This document shows positions 28,832 to 39,677 of a stretch of 54,878 nucleotides of DNA, in pieces; the stretch's first letter is position 1, and each line of letters begins with the position of its first letter. The position numbers and the translations under genes are program-made. A model generated the notes under the pieces. That model had not been told where the DNA came from and made no database searches. It was given only the letters and a program-made list of their open reading frames with translations. This DNA comes from an uncultured Thiotrichaceae bacterium (GTDB lineage: Bacteria > Pseudomonadota > Gammaproteobacteria > SZUA-229). Location of the stretch: the NCBI GenBank assembly GCA_964522445.1, contig CAZFUY010000003.1:1-54878 (forward strand), given 5' to 3'.

Positions 28832-29686
28832 TTAAAGGTTTGCAGCAAGGATATCTGTTTGATTTAACAGTAAATATTGCTGGCGAAGTCTTAGTAAGGT
28901 ATCGATGCGTGCGATGAGCAATGGCTCTCTAACGGGTTTTTCAATAATATCGTTTGCCCCTGCTGAAAAGATACGGTTGAGATTTTTAGGATCGGCATCA
29001 TGGTTGCTGGATGTGGTAACCAGAATGGGTAATTGCTCGTAATCCAGCCCCAGACCATGGCGAATTTCACGAATTAAATCACGGCCAGACATGTGACCTT
29101 CCAGTTCTATATCTGTTAATAGCAGGTCGAATGGTTGTATATGGTTACCAGAAAAGGAGTGTTGAATATGTTGTAAAGCATGTTCTGCATCAGTAGCAAA
29201 AAGGTAATTATGGTCATTCTTGGTTAGAAAGTTTTTTACCACCTGTGCCACAGTGGGGCTGTCTTCTACATAAAGAATATTACCAGTTAAAGCAGGTTTG
29301 GGTATTTCTGTGCTTAAGAATGACTGGATGTAAGATACCAGTTTTTGTTGCCCTAGTTTTTTATTGAAGTAGCCATTTACATATTGGCAGATCAGCTTTT
29401 CCTCTAATATGCCAAGTGTTTCGCCAGAAACAATGATAAGGGGTGTGCGGCGCACATTAAGATCGATTCTGATTTTTCTTACCAGATCATGGCAGTCAAT
29501 GCCCGGTAAGTTGCGTGACATGGTAATCAGCGCGTATTTGTTGTCTTTTAAAAGGCTCAGGGCTTCATTAGCAGAATTTGCAATATCCACTACAACATCA
29601 CTGATATTTTTTTTAATCAGCTTGGTAATAATGGCTAATGCGGTGCTAGAGTGATCTATTAATAAAACACGTTGAGTTTGAGACAT
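28832..29686 (-). CDS. tandem receiver-domain protein (pseudo-receiver plus canonical CheY-like receiver, no output domain)
   Basis: REC2 has the acidic pair YVEDSP, phospho-acceptor LLLTDIEL, TTS and EKP (Lys). REC1 keeps the fold (VLLIDHS...PLIIVSG...FNKK) but has Ser at the acceptor position (ITMSRNLPG). Confidence 0.8.
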   Translation of the reverse strand: MSQTQRVLLIDHSSTALAIITKLIKKNISDVVVDIANSANEALSLLKDNKYALITMSRNLPGIDCHDLVRKIRIDLNVRRTPLIIVSGETLGILEEKLICQYVNGYFNKKLGQQKLVSYIQSFLSTEIPKPALTGNILYVEDSPTVAQVVKNFLTKNDHNYLFATDAEHALQHIQHSFSGNHIQPFDLLLTDIELEGHMSGRDLIREIRHGLGLDYEQLPILVTTSSNHDADPKNLNRIFSAGANDIIEKPVREPLLIARIDTLLRLRQQYLLLNQTDILAANL

Positions 29687-29856
29687 ATCGTTTTCAAATA
29701 TTTAATAAGTTTTAATAATTTATGTTGTTGCTGGTTTCTTTTTGCGGCTAAATTATTAAAATTAAACTTGCCATAATTTAGCTTGATACTAAAGTCAGGC
29801 TGTCCTGAAAACATAGCATTTTATCTAATTACAGTGATTCAGGGTGTGATGCAGAG

Positions 29857-30816
29857 CTAAGAGGGCTCTATTTCATGTAAATGTCGGCTGACGGCAATCC
29901 ATGATCCCAATACCCCCAGTAATGTGCTGAACAGGATAAGTGATAGAGCTTCATTAAATTGCAGGCCGCTTAGCTGGAAGTCGCTGTGATAAAGCATAGC
30001 AAGCTTTGCGACTGACCCCTCTAGCAGGCTAATAGACAGGCTGGTTAGTATCCATGCCATTATACCGCCACTCAATCCATACCAGATGCCAGTATAGAGA
30101 AAAGGTCTGCGAATAAAGGCGTTGGTTGCGCCAATCAGTTTTATCACCACTATTTCATCACGCCTATTTTGAATATCCAGGCGAATGGTGTTGCCAATAA
30201 CCAGTAATACAGCGATACCCAGCAGCAGTGATATGACCCAGATAGCTTTATGAGCGATTTCCAGCATGGCATACAAACGTTTTACCCATTGTAGATCCAG
30301 CTGTGCAATATCAACCTGTTTTAGTTTGCGAAGCTGCTTTATCAGATGATTAATTTTGTCAGGCCTTTGTTTATCAACCACAGGTTGTACGGTTAAAACA
30401 TGAGGCAGGGGATTTTTGCCCAGGGCATCAATGGCATCGCTAAAACCAGAGGCTTTCTGGAATTCGACCAGCGCCTTGTCTTTATGAATAAACTGCACTT
30501 TTTCAATATTGCTATACAGGCTTATTTTATTGGCCAGTGATAGAGCCTGTTTTTCAGACACATTCATTTTGAGAAATAATGAAATTTGAGCACTGTCGTC
30601 CCAGCCGACACTAACGTTGCTCAAATTATTAAGGCTGGCATACATGCCCGCGGGCAAGGCTAAAGCAATGGCAATAACAGCGATGGTCATAAAAGAAGAT
30701 AAAGGGTTGCGGGACAATACACCCAGACTGGCAATTAATGTGCGGACATGGTGTATAAAATAAGCTTTGACCGGGGCATTGCGGGCTTTTTTATTTGAGA
30801 CTTCAGATTTCGACAT
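29857..30816 (-). CDS. ftsX: cell division ABC transporter permease-like protein
   Basis: 319 aa with four TM segments and a periplasmic loop. It overlaps the ftsE stop. Confidence 0.92.
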   Translation of the reverse strand: MSKSEVSNKKARNAPVKAYFIHHVRTLIASLGVLSRNPLSSFMTIAVIAIALALPAGMYASLNNLSNVSVGWDDSAQISLFLKMNVSEKQALSLANKISLYSNIEKVQFIHKDKALVEFQKASGFSDAIDALGKNPLPHVLTVQPVVDKQRPDKINHLIKQLRKLKQVDIAQLDLQWVKRLYAMLEIAHKAIWVISLLLGIAVLLVIGNTIRLDIQNRRDEIVVIKLIGATNAFIRRPFLYTGIWYGLSGGIMAWILTSLSISLLEGSVAKLAMLYHSDFQLSGLQFNEALSLILFSTLLGVLGSWIAVSRHLHEIEPS

Positions 30817-31489
30817 CAGCCGCCTCTCTTAAATCATCATGTACCAGCATGCCATTGTTCAGGCTGATTACGGGTTTGCCTGTCTGTTTGATTAAATCAA
30901 GATCATGGCTTGCAATCAGTACGGTAACGCCTACCTGATTAAAGCGTTCAAATAGCTGCATGATTTCTTTGGATAATTCGGGGTCCAGGTTGCCTGTTGG
31001 CTCATCTGCCAATAGTAAAGAGGGTTTATGGACAATGGCGCGAGCGATGCCAACACGCTGTTGTTCACCGCCAGATAATGTAATGGGTGCTGCTTTCTCT
31101 TTATTTAACAAGCCCACCTGATCAAGAGCTGCGCGTACGCGTTTGCCTGTTTCTTTATGCTGGTAACCCGCAATAATTAAAGGCATGGCAACATTGTCAA
31201 AAACAGTTCGATCATATAACAGGTGATGGTTCTGAAAAATAATACCGATGTTGCGGCGAATATAAGGGATTTTGCTATTACGAACCTGACTAAGATTTAT
31301 ACCATCCAGAAAAATATTACCGCGGCTAGGGCGTTCAATTAAAGCGATAAGTTTTAATAAAGTGCTTTTACCCGCGCCCGAGTGGCCGGTGAGATAGGCC
31401 ATGACACCGCGAGGTAAATGACAGCTGAGATTAGACAGTGCCTCATGTCCACCGGGGTAGCGTTTGTTTACATTATCAAAACGAATCAT
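30803..31489 (-). CDS. ftsE: cell division ATP-binding protein
   Basis: Walker [10 protein letters not shown], signature LSGGEQQR, Walker [10 protein letters not shown], about 228 aa. Confidence 0.95.
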   Translation of the reverse strand: MIRFDNVNKRYPGGHEALSNLSCHLPRGVMAYLTGHSGAGKSTLLKLIALIERPSRGNIFLDGINLSQVRNSKIPYIRRNIGIIFQNHHLLYDRTVFDNVAMPLIIAGYQHKETGKRVRAALDQVGLLNKEKAAPITLSGGEQQRVGIARAIVHKPSLLLADEPTGNLDPELSKEIMQLFERFNQVGVTVLIASHDLDLIKQTGKPVISLNNGMLVHDDLREAADVEI

Positions 31490-31571
31490 GGGGAGGTATT
31501 GTGCCGTATCGGCTGATTATGGCAAGTGATAAAATAAAAATGTTTAATTAAAGAAATAACTTAAAAGCTTT

Positions 31572-31754
31572 GCCGCAGAGGCGCAGAGAATACAGAGGTT
31601 TTTAATTAAGCTATTTTAATCATTTCACTGTCATTCCGAGCGTAGCCGAGGAATCTTGCTGCCCGAGCATAATAAGATTCCTCGGCTACGCTCGGGATAA
31701 GCATGCATGAATCTGCACCTATAAAAATCTCTGTGTTCTCTGCGCCTCTGTGGC
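31572..31754. repeat. nested palindromic element (CACAGAGG-arm element enclosing a CGGCTACGCTC-core palindrome)
   Basis: The outer arms 31572-31597 and 31729-31754 are 24/26 complementary. The inner arms 31634-31657 and 31674-31697 are 23/24 complementary. It lies inside the 278-nt ftsY-ftsE spacer. Confidence 0.88.
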
Positions 31755-31767
31755 GAATTTTTTTAGT

Positions 31768-33009
31768 CTAATCTTGCCTGTCTAACAATGCATCCACAAA
31801 ATCATGACCATTAAATTCCCGTAAATCACCAATACTTTCGCCCACGCCAATAAAGCGAATAGGTATGCCCAGTTTCTCAGCAATGGCAAATAAAATACCG
31901 CCTTTAGCTGTGCCGTCCAGTTTAGTTAGAATTAAACCGCTAACGCCCATTGCGTCATTAAATTCCTGTGCCTGTATTAATCCATTTTGACCAAAACCTG
32001 CATCCATCACCAGAAGTGTTTCATGAGGTGCATCGACATCAAGTTTTTTCATGACCCGTTTAATCTTGATGAGTTCATCCATTAAATGAGATTGAGTGTG
32101 CAAACGACCAGCTGTATCTGCAATTACTATATCGACATTTTTTGCGCGGGCAGATTCAATAGCATCATAAATAACGGATGCAGAATCAGCTCCCGTGCCC
32201 TGGGAAACAACGGGGATATCATTGCGCTCACCCCAGGTTTGTAATTGCTCAACCGCTGCGGCTCTAAAGGTATCTCCAGCCGCTAGCATGACGGATAAAC
32301 CCTGCTCCTGAAAGCGCTTGGCCAGTTTGCCTATGGTGGTGGTTTTACCCGCGCCATTAATGCCAATAATTAAAATAACGAAGGGCGATCTGGTTTTATC
32401 AATTACCAGTGGCTGGTCACAGGTTTTAAGAATGGCTTCCATGTCATCGCAAAGTGCTTCGAATAAAGCCACAGGTTCATTTAATTCTTTACGGGAGATG
32501 CGTCTTGTAAGGTCGGTAATAATTTTATTGGTGGCATCAACACCTACGTCGGCCATTAACAGGCGCGTTTCCAGTTCTTCCAGTAAATCATCATCAATTA
32601 TTTTTTTGCCGAGAACTAGATCGGCCATGCCGTCAGTCAGGCCATGACGTGTTTTGCTCAGGCCTTTGCGCAGTTGCTTAAGTGCCCAGTCATTATCTGC
32701 CTCGGACCAGTCCTCAGTGGTAGGTGCGGTAAAAGATGCGCCGGATTTTACGGCTTCAGTTGTTTCTGCAACAGTGTCAGCATCAGCTGAGTTATCTGTT
32801 TGTTCTACAATGACCTCACTGGTTTCTGCAGGTTGTTCAATAGCCGGTTCATCTACGGGTGAGCGCAATGCGGCAGGAGTAAAAGATGCGCCTGACTTAA
32901 TGGCAGGTTTTGATGTTTCGGCTATGTTTTTATCTGTTTCATCAACAGGCTCTGGCGTAGCTTCAGTATTTTTTTTATCGCGGCGTAAGAAACCAAACAT
33001 AATTATCAA
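31768..33009 (-). CDS. ftsY: signal recognition particle receptor
   Basis: Acidic A-domain followed by NG domain motifs GINGAGKTTTIGKLA, DTAGR and TKLDGTAKGG. The start may be the ATG at 33000 (MFGFLRR). Confidence 0.95.
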   Translation of the reverse strand: MIIMFGFLRRDKKNTEATPEPVDETDKNIAETSKPAIKSGASFTPAALRSPVDEPAIEQPAETSEVIVEQTDNSADADTVAETTEAVKSGASFTAPTTEDWSEADNDWALKQLRKGLSKTRHGLTDGMADLVLGKKIIDDDLLEELETRLLMADVGVDATNKIITDLTRRISRKELNEPVALFEALCDDMEAILKTCDQPLVIDKTRSPFVILIIGINGAGKTTTIGKLAKRFQEQGLSVMLAAGDTFRAAAVEQLQTWGERNDIPVVSQGTGADSASVIYDAIESARAKNVDIVIADTAGRLHTQSHLMDELIKIKRVMKKLDVDAPHETLLVMDAGFGQNGLIQAQEFNDAMGVSGLILTKLDGTAKGGILFAIAEKLGIPIRFIGVGESIGDLREFNGHDFVDALLDRQD

Positions 33010-33163
33010 ATGGGTTGTATATCAGGAGAGGCTTATCCTATCATCGCTGGTGTTCAGGTGAAACTTTTACGGTGTAGATAAAGTCGTAATTGCGATCTTT
33101 CGTTAATAAGTGTGTAAGATCACATCGTAAATTTGGTTGAGATAGTAAATTTTAGGAGGAAGT

Positions 33164-34573
33164 ATGCGATTACTCGCATTGTTGGGCGTTGCTCTGATGA
33201 CTCAGGGTCTGGTTGCCTGTCAGCAAAATGTTAAAGCAACTCATGATTTTAAATTAGATCCAGATGCCAGGGTGCAATCCCATGTGCTTGATAATGGTAT
33301 GAAGATACTGGTGCAGGAAGATCATCGTTCGCCCGTTGTGGTGTCGCAGGTCTGGTACAAAGTAGGTGGCAGTTATGAATATGCTGGCATCACGGGTGTA
33401 TCTCATGCGCTGGAACATATGATGTTTAAAGGCACGGCAAAGCATAAAGCGGGTGAATTTTCCGATATTATTGCGGCTAACGGTGGCAGTGAAAATGCGT
33501 TTACCAGTAAAGATTACACCGCCTATTTTCAGCGTATAGCCAGTGATCGTTTAGAGCTTTGCCTGGAGTTGGAAGCAGATCGTATGCGCAATTTGATTCT
33601 GAATGAAGGTGAGTTCAAAAAAGAAATAGAAGTCATCAAAGAAGAGCGTCGTATGCGCACAGATGATAAACCTACGTCTTTAACCTATGAGCGATTCAAT
33701 GCAGTTGCCTATCTCAACTCATCTTATCACCAGCCCATTATCGGCTGGATGCAGGATTTAAATACCATGACCATTGATGATTTACGTCAATGGTATAAAA
33801 CATGGTATGCGCCCAATAACGCAACACTTGTTATCTCCGGTGATGTGAATAGTAAACAGGTTTTTAAACTGGCAGAGAAATATTTTGCGCCATTAAAACC
33901 ATCGGTTATTCCTCCGCTTAAGTCACGCATTGAAGTAAAACAGCAGGGTGAACGCCGCATCACTGTAAAAGCGCCTGCAAAAGTACCTTATTTAATTATG
34001 GGTTATAAAACGCCTGTATTAAATACAGTAGAAGATGAATGGGAAGCCTATGCGCTTGAAGTGCTTGCCGGTGTTCTTGATGGTGGAGACAGTAGTCGTT
34101 TAACTTCAGAGCTGGTTCGCAATAAAGAAATTGCATCATCTGCGGGTGCAGGTTACGACATGTACTCTCGCCAGGGCAGTCTGTTTTTACTGGAAGGTAC
34201 GCCTACTAAAAAAAGCTCTATGAAAAAACTGGAGCAATCTTTAATTAATGAAGTTGAAAAAATAAAAAAACAACGGCCCAGTGAAGATGAATTAGACAGA
34301 GTAAAAGCACAGGTAATGGCTTCTGCTGTTTATGAACAGGATTCCAGTTTTTATCAGGCCATGCAGTTGGGTATATTGGAAACAGTAGGGCTTGGCTGGC
34401 AACGCAAACAGGAATATTTGAAAAAAATACAGTCGGTAACGCCTGAGCAGGTTCAGGCAGTGGCTAAAAAATATTTAACTGATAATCAACTGACAGTTGC
34501 AGTACTTGATCCACTGCCTGTAGAAGGTCGTCGTGTATCAGCATCTAAAGGAGGCTCTCGACATGGCCGTTAA
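33164..34573 (+). CDS. M16 family zinc peptidase (active subunit, exported)
   Basis: Signal or lipoprotein-like N-terminus (GLVAC-QQ) and the inverted zinc motif HALEHMMFKG with a downstream E. Confidence 0.88.
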   Translation: MRLLALLGVALMTQGLVACQQNVKATHDFKLDPDARVQSHVLDNGMKILVQEDHRSPVVVSQVWYKVGGSYEYAGITGVSHALEHMMFKGTAKHKAGEFSDIIAANGGSENAFTSKDYTAYFQRIASDRLELCLELEADRMRNLILNEGEFKKEIEVIKEERRMRTDDKPTSLTYERFNAVAYLNSSYHQPIIGWMQDLNTMTIDDLRQWYKTWYAPNNATLVISGDVNSKQVFKLAEKYFAPLKPSVIPPLKSRIEVKQQGERRITVKAPAKVPYLIMGYKTPVLNTVEDEWEAYALEVLAGVLDGGDSSRLTSELVRNKEIASSAGAGYDMYSRQGSLFLLEGTPTKKSSMKKLEQSLINEVEKIKKQRPSEDELDRVKAQVMASAVYEQDSSFYQAMQLGILETVGLGWQRKQEYLKKIQSVTPEQVQAVAKKYLTDNQLTVAVLDPLPVEGRRVSASKGGSRHGR

Positions 34574-35870
34574 GAATTTTTATAAACTAATTTTTATATG
34601 TCTGTTTTTATTTTCACAAAACACCTGGGCTGTTCCTGAAATACAGCACTGGCAAACTAAAAATGGTGCGCGTGTTTATTTCCTGCCAGCAATGGGTATA
34701 CCTATGGTGGATGTGCGTATTGTTTTTGATGCGGGTAGTGCGCATGATAATGGTAAGTCGGGTGTTGCTTCATTAACCAATGGATTATTGTCTGAAGGTG
34801 CAGCAGGAGAAACGGCGCAACAACTGGCAGAAAAATTTGAAGCTGTGGGCGCACAGTTTAGTAATAGCTCATTAAAAGACATGGCTATATTAAGCCTGCG
34901 CAGTTTACGTGAAGATCGCTATTTGCAACCCGCGTTAAAAAACTTAAAAAATATTTTAATTAAACCTGATTTTCCAGAATCTGCATTTAATCGTGAATTA
35001 AGCCGAATGAAAATTTCACTTAAGTCGCGCAAGCAGTCGCCCAGCTCAATTGCCAGTGAAACTTTTTTTAAGGCTTTATATGGTGATCATCCCTATGCCT
35101 TGCCCAGTGGTGGTACAGAAGAAAGTTTAAAGATTTTAAAACTTTCAAATATTAAGGTGCATTATAAAAAATATTATGTAGCAAAAAATGCAGTGGTTTC
35201 AGTTGTAGGTCAGTTGACTCGCCAGCAGGCTGAAAAAATAGTTAATGACTTAATAATGGATTTACCTGCCGGTAATCGAGCAGAAAAATTACCAGAGGTT
35301 AAACCGCTGACTGAATCAAAAACTATTCGCATTGATTTCCCCTCTCGACAAAGCCATATTCTGGTGGGGCAGTTAGGTACAAAACGAGGTGATGCAGATT
35401 ACTTTACTTTGTATCTGGCTAATCATCCATTTGGAGGCAGTGGCTTTGCATCACGACTGGTTGATGAAGTGCGTGAAAAACGCGGGCTCGCATACAGCGT
35501 GTACAGTTATTTTTCACCGATGCGTGAATATGGCCCGTTTCAACTGGGATTACAGACTAAAAATGATCAGGCTGAACAGGCTCTTAATCTTATAAATAAA
35601 GAGCTACGCCGTTATGTAAATGAAGGTCCTACGGCAAATGAGCTGGAAGCCAGTGTAAAAAATATTACCGGCGGTTTTCCTTTGAAAGTTGATAGCAATA
35701 GCAAGCTGGTAGAATATTTATCAATGATTGGTTTTTATGAATTACCGTTGGATCATTTGAATACCTTTAATGATAAAATTAAAGCGATTGATCGGGCTGC
35801 GATAAAAGATGCTTTAAAACGACGAGTTCACCCGGATAAATTACTTACAGTTATTGTGGGTTCTCAGTAG
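34563..35870 (+). CDS. M16 family peptidase-like protein (no HxxEH motif, probably the non-catalytic partner)
   Basis: M16 fold without the zinc motif. The start is taken at the ATG at 34563 (MAVKNFYKL, signal peptide), preceded by AGGAGG. It overlaps the upstream stop by 11 nt. Confidence 0.82.
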   Translation: MAVKNFYKLIFICLFLFSQNTWAVPEIQHWQTKNGARVYFLPAMGIPMVDVRIVFDAGSAHDNGKSGVASLTNGLLSEGAAGETAQQLAEKFEAVGAQFSNSSLKDMAILSLRSLREDRYLQPALKNLKNILIKPDFPESAFNRELSRMKISLKSRKQSPSSIASETFFKALYGDHPYALPSGGTEESLKILKLSNIKVHYKKYYVAKNAVVSVVGQLTRQQAEKIVNDLIMDLPAGNRAEKLPEVKPLTESKTIRIDFPSRQSHILVGQLGTKRGDADYFTLYLANHPFGGSGFASRLVDEVREKRGLAYSVYSYFSPMREYGPFQLGLQTKNDQAEQALNLINKELRRYVNEGPTANELEASVKNITGGFPLKVDSNSKLVEYLSMIGFYELPLDHLNTFNDKIKAIDRAAIKDALKRRVHPDKLLTVIVGSQ

Positions 35871-35897
35871 AATTGTTATTTCTTGAATGAAATTTAA

Positions 35898-36035
35898 AAG
35901 CAAAAGAAAACGCTAATAACGCAAATGAACGCGAACAACGCAAATATTTGTTTGTGCGCCTGCGGCGCACTACAACTTACTAAAGCTTTTGTCTTTATTT
36001 GCGTATATTAGCGTTATTAGCGTTTTCTTTTGCTT
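35898..36035. repeat. 138-bp palindromic element with perfect 25-bp terminal inverted repeats
   Basis: AAGCAAAAGAAAACGCTAATAACGC (35898-35922) is exactly complementary to 36011-36035. The central hairpin is GTGCGCC-TGC-GGCGCAC (35954-35970). The arms contain an AACGC periodic motif. Confidence 0.88.
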
Positions 36036-36135
36036 CGAGGCTTTAAAGTTTTGAGTCTTTTGACTTTTTCTAATTTTCACGGTTAAGTGCTCTTGTTTTA
36101 TATCAAATTGTTATATATCAAATTTATGTATTCTT

Positions 36136-37241
<1,106 letters not shown>

Positions 37242-37261
37242 AAAATAAGGGCCTGGAGTAA

Positions 37262-37510
<249 letters not shown>

Positions 37511-37535
37511 TTATTAGTCTGTAATTTAATAAAGA

Positions 37536-37566
37536 AAAAGCCCCAAATCTTTGGGGCTTTTTTATT
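37536..37566 (+). terminator. rho-independent terminator after the ferredoxin gene
   Basis: AAAGCCCCAAA-TCT-TTGGGGCTTT followed by TTTTATT. Confidence 0.8.
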
Positions 37567-37609
37567 GCCTCGAAGTTGTAGATAATAAATTCATACACTG
37601 GATATAAAA

Positions 37610-39265
37610 ATGAAATTTTTTTTAATAATCTCTTTATTTGTTTTTAGTTGCAGCATACAGGCGCGTCAACCTGCGGCTGTTGCCAGCGCACATCCTTTGG
37701 CAACCCAGGCAGGAGAAGAGATATTAAAAGCAGGGGGCAATGCTTTTGATGCCGCAATAGCAGTAACGGCTGCATTGGCTGTTGTTGAACCTTATAGCTC
37801 AGGTTTAGGTGGTGGTGGCTTCTGGTTGTTACACAGGGAAAAGGATAATTTAGATGTGATGCTGGATGGCCGAGAAAAAGCACCATTGAAAGCACACAGA
37901 GATATGTATCTGGATATAAATGGAGATGTGATTAAAGGTGCATCCATTGATGGTGCATTGGCTGCGGGTATTCCTGGTGTTCCAGCAGCGATAGTGCATC
38001 TGGCAGAAAAATATGGTCAGTTGCCATTAGCACAAAGTTTAAAGCCGGCTATTAAATATGCACATAAAGGTTTTGCTGTTGATGCGCATTATCAGCGCAT
38101 GGCCGGCTTTCGATTAAAAGCATTACAGTCATCACCTGCGGCACTAGATATCTTTCTGGATAATTTAAAAGTACCAGAAAAAGATTTTTTAATTAAGCAG
38201 CCTGACCTGGCTGAAACCTTATTGATGATTTCCCGGCAGGGGCGTGACGGTTTTTATAAAGGAAAGTTAGCACAAAAAATTGTTGATGGCGTGCAGAAGG
38301 CAGGAGGTATCTGGTCATTAAAAGATTTAGCCGATTACAAAATAGTTGAACGTGAAACCATTCGTGGTCAGTATCATAATATGAAAATCACTTCGGTAGC
38401 GCCGCCATCATCAGGAGGCATAGCTATTGTAGAAATATTAAATCAGTTATCAGGCTATCCATTAGAAAAATTTGATGAAACACAATTTACACATCACATT
38501 GTTGAAGCGATGCGCAGAGCTTATAGAGATAGAGCGGAGTATCTCGGAGATACTGATTTTATAAATGTGCCAGTAGAAAAATTAATTAATAAAAATTATG
38601 CGGCAGGTTTAAGTGCAACAATTCATCCACAAAAAGCAACCCCAAGTGAATTGCTGCCCGGTGTTATGAAAAACTATCCGGGTCAGGACACAACGCACTT
38701 TTCAATTATAGATCATCAGGGCAACCGAGTTGCAGCGACTTTATCTATAAATTATCCCTTTGGTTCTGGTTTTGTAGTGCCTGGAACGGGTATTTTATTA
38801 AATGATGAAATGGATGATTTTTCTTCCAAACCCGGTGAGCCTAATGTTTATGGTTTAGTTGGTGCAGAAGCAAATGCAATTGAGCCGGGTAAAAGAATGT
38901 TATCCAGCATGTCGCCTACTTTTCTGGAGACAGAAAATCGTATTGCAGTTATTGGTACACCCGGCGGCAGCCGAATTATTACCATGGTATTGCTAGGGGC
39001 ACTGGCCTTTCAGCAGGGTAATAATGCTGAATATATCGTTAATCTACCAAGGTTTCATCATCAGTATTTACCTGATGTTATTTCTTATGAGACGGATGCA
39101 TTAACCGAAAAGACGCTAGAGCAGTTACAGAAAAAAGGTCATAAGCTTAAATCTTCTGAGCATACATGGGGTAATATGCAGCTTGTTATCTGGGATAGAG
39201 AAAAACAAACAATGGATGCGGCATCAGATAAAAGAGGAATAGGAGAATATATAATTCTCCCCTGA
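37610..39265 (+). CDS. ggt: gamma-glutamyltranspeptidase
   Basis: Signal peptide, autoprocessing and nucleophile site QDTTHFSI, and the GGSRII motif near the C-terminus. Confidence 0.93.
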   Translation: MKFFLIISLFVFSCSIQARQPAAVASAHPLATQAGEEILKAGGNAFDAAIAVTAALAVVEPYSSGLGGGGFWLLHREKDNLDVMLDGREKAPLKAHRDMYLDINGDVIKGASIDGALAAGIPGVPAAIVHLAEKYGQLPLAQSLKPAIKYAHKGFAVDAHYQRMAGFRLKALQSSPAALDIFLDNLKVPEKDFLIKQPDLAETLLMISRQGRDGFYKGKLAQKIVDGVQKAGGIWSLKDLADYKIVERETIRGQYHNMKITSVAPPSSGGIAIVEILNQLSGYPLEKFDETQFTHHIVEAMRRAYRDRAEYLGDTDFINVPVEKLINKNYAAGLSATIHPQKATPSELLPGVMKNYPGQDTTHFSIIDHQGNRVAATLSINYPFGSGFVVPGTGILLNDEMDDFSSKPGEPNVYGLVGAEANAIEPGKRMLSSMSPTFLETENRIAVIGTPGGSRIITMVLLGALAFQQGNNAEYIVNLPRFHHQYLPDVISYETDALTEKTLEQLQKKGHKLKSSEHTWGNMQLVIWDREKQTMDAASDKRGIGEYIILP

Positions 39266-39299
39266 TATTAAGTGAGATATCTCTAAATGAAATACTGAT

Positions 39300-39575
39300 T
39301 TATTCCAGTCCAAAATTCTCATGTTCTTCACCGCCTGTTCTATATTCCAGATCCTTGGCTTTTTCAATAGCGCGTAACAGGTGCATGCGCTCCTGTTCTG
39401 ACATGCCGTGATTCATAAATCGATCTGCAACTTTTAATACTTCAAGCAGATAGCCAATACGGTAATGATGATTGAGTAAACTCTTGGCTAAATAACTATC
39501 GTCATTATTTTCTTCTTTCATTTTTGCAGCTGTTTGTAATGCAATTTTAAGTTCTAATTCTGTAGGTTTGCTCAT
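39300..39575 (-). CDS. hypothetical small helical protein (91 aa)
   Basis: An ORF with no motif I recognise. Coding is supported only by length and by clean spacing between ggt and mogA. Confidence 0.5.
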   Translation of the reverse strand: MSKPTELELKIALQTAAKMKEENNDDSYLAKSLLNHHYRIGYLLEVLKVADRFMNHGMSEQERMHLLRAIEKAKDLEYRTGGEEHENFGLE

Positions 39576-39677
39576 TGTTTTATCTCCATGATTTTAATTT
39601 AGCATAAAATTAAAACTTTGCATGTGAATTTATGGAGAGAGTATAATCTTTAAATGTTTTAATAAAGCGAGTAATGC

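Noticed and set aside
32729-32892. Direct repeat GTAAAAGATGCGCC 150 nt apart inside ftsY (encoding a duplicated KSGASFT motif)
   Set aside because: It lies in the low-complexity acidic A-domain of FtsY, which commonly contains internal duplications. The frame is intact, so it is not a separate feature.
39576-39677. Moco riboswitch upstream of mogA
   Set aside because: The spacer is about 100 nt, very AT-rich, and lacks the GC-rich paired elements expected of the Moco RNA motif.
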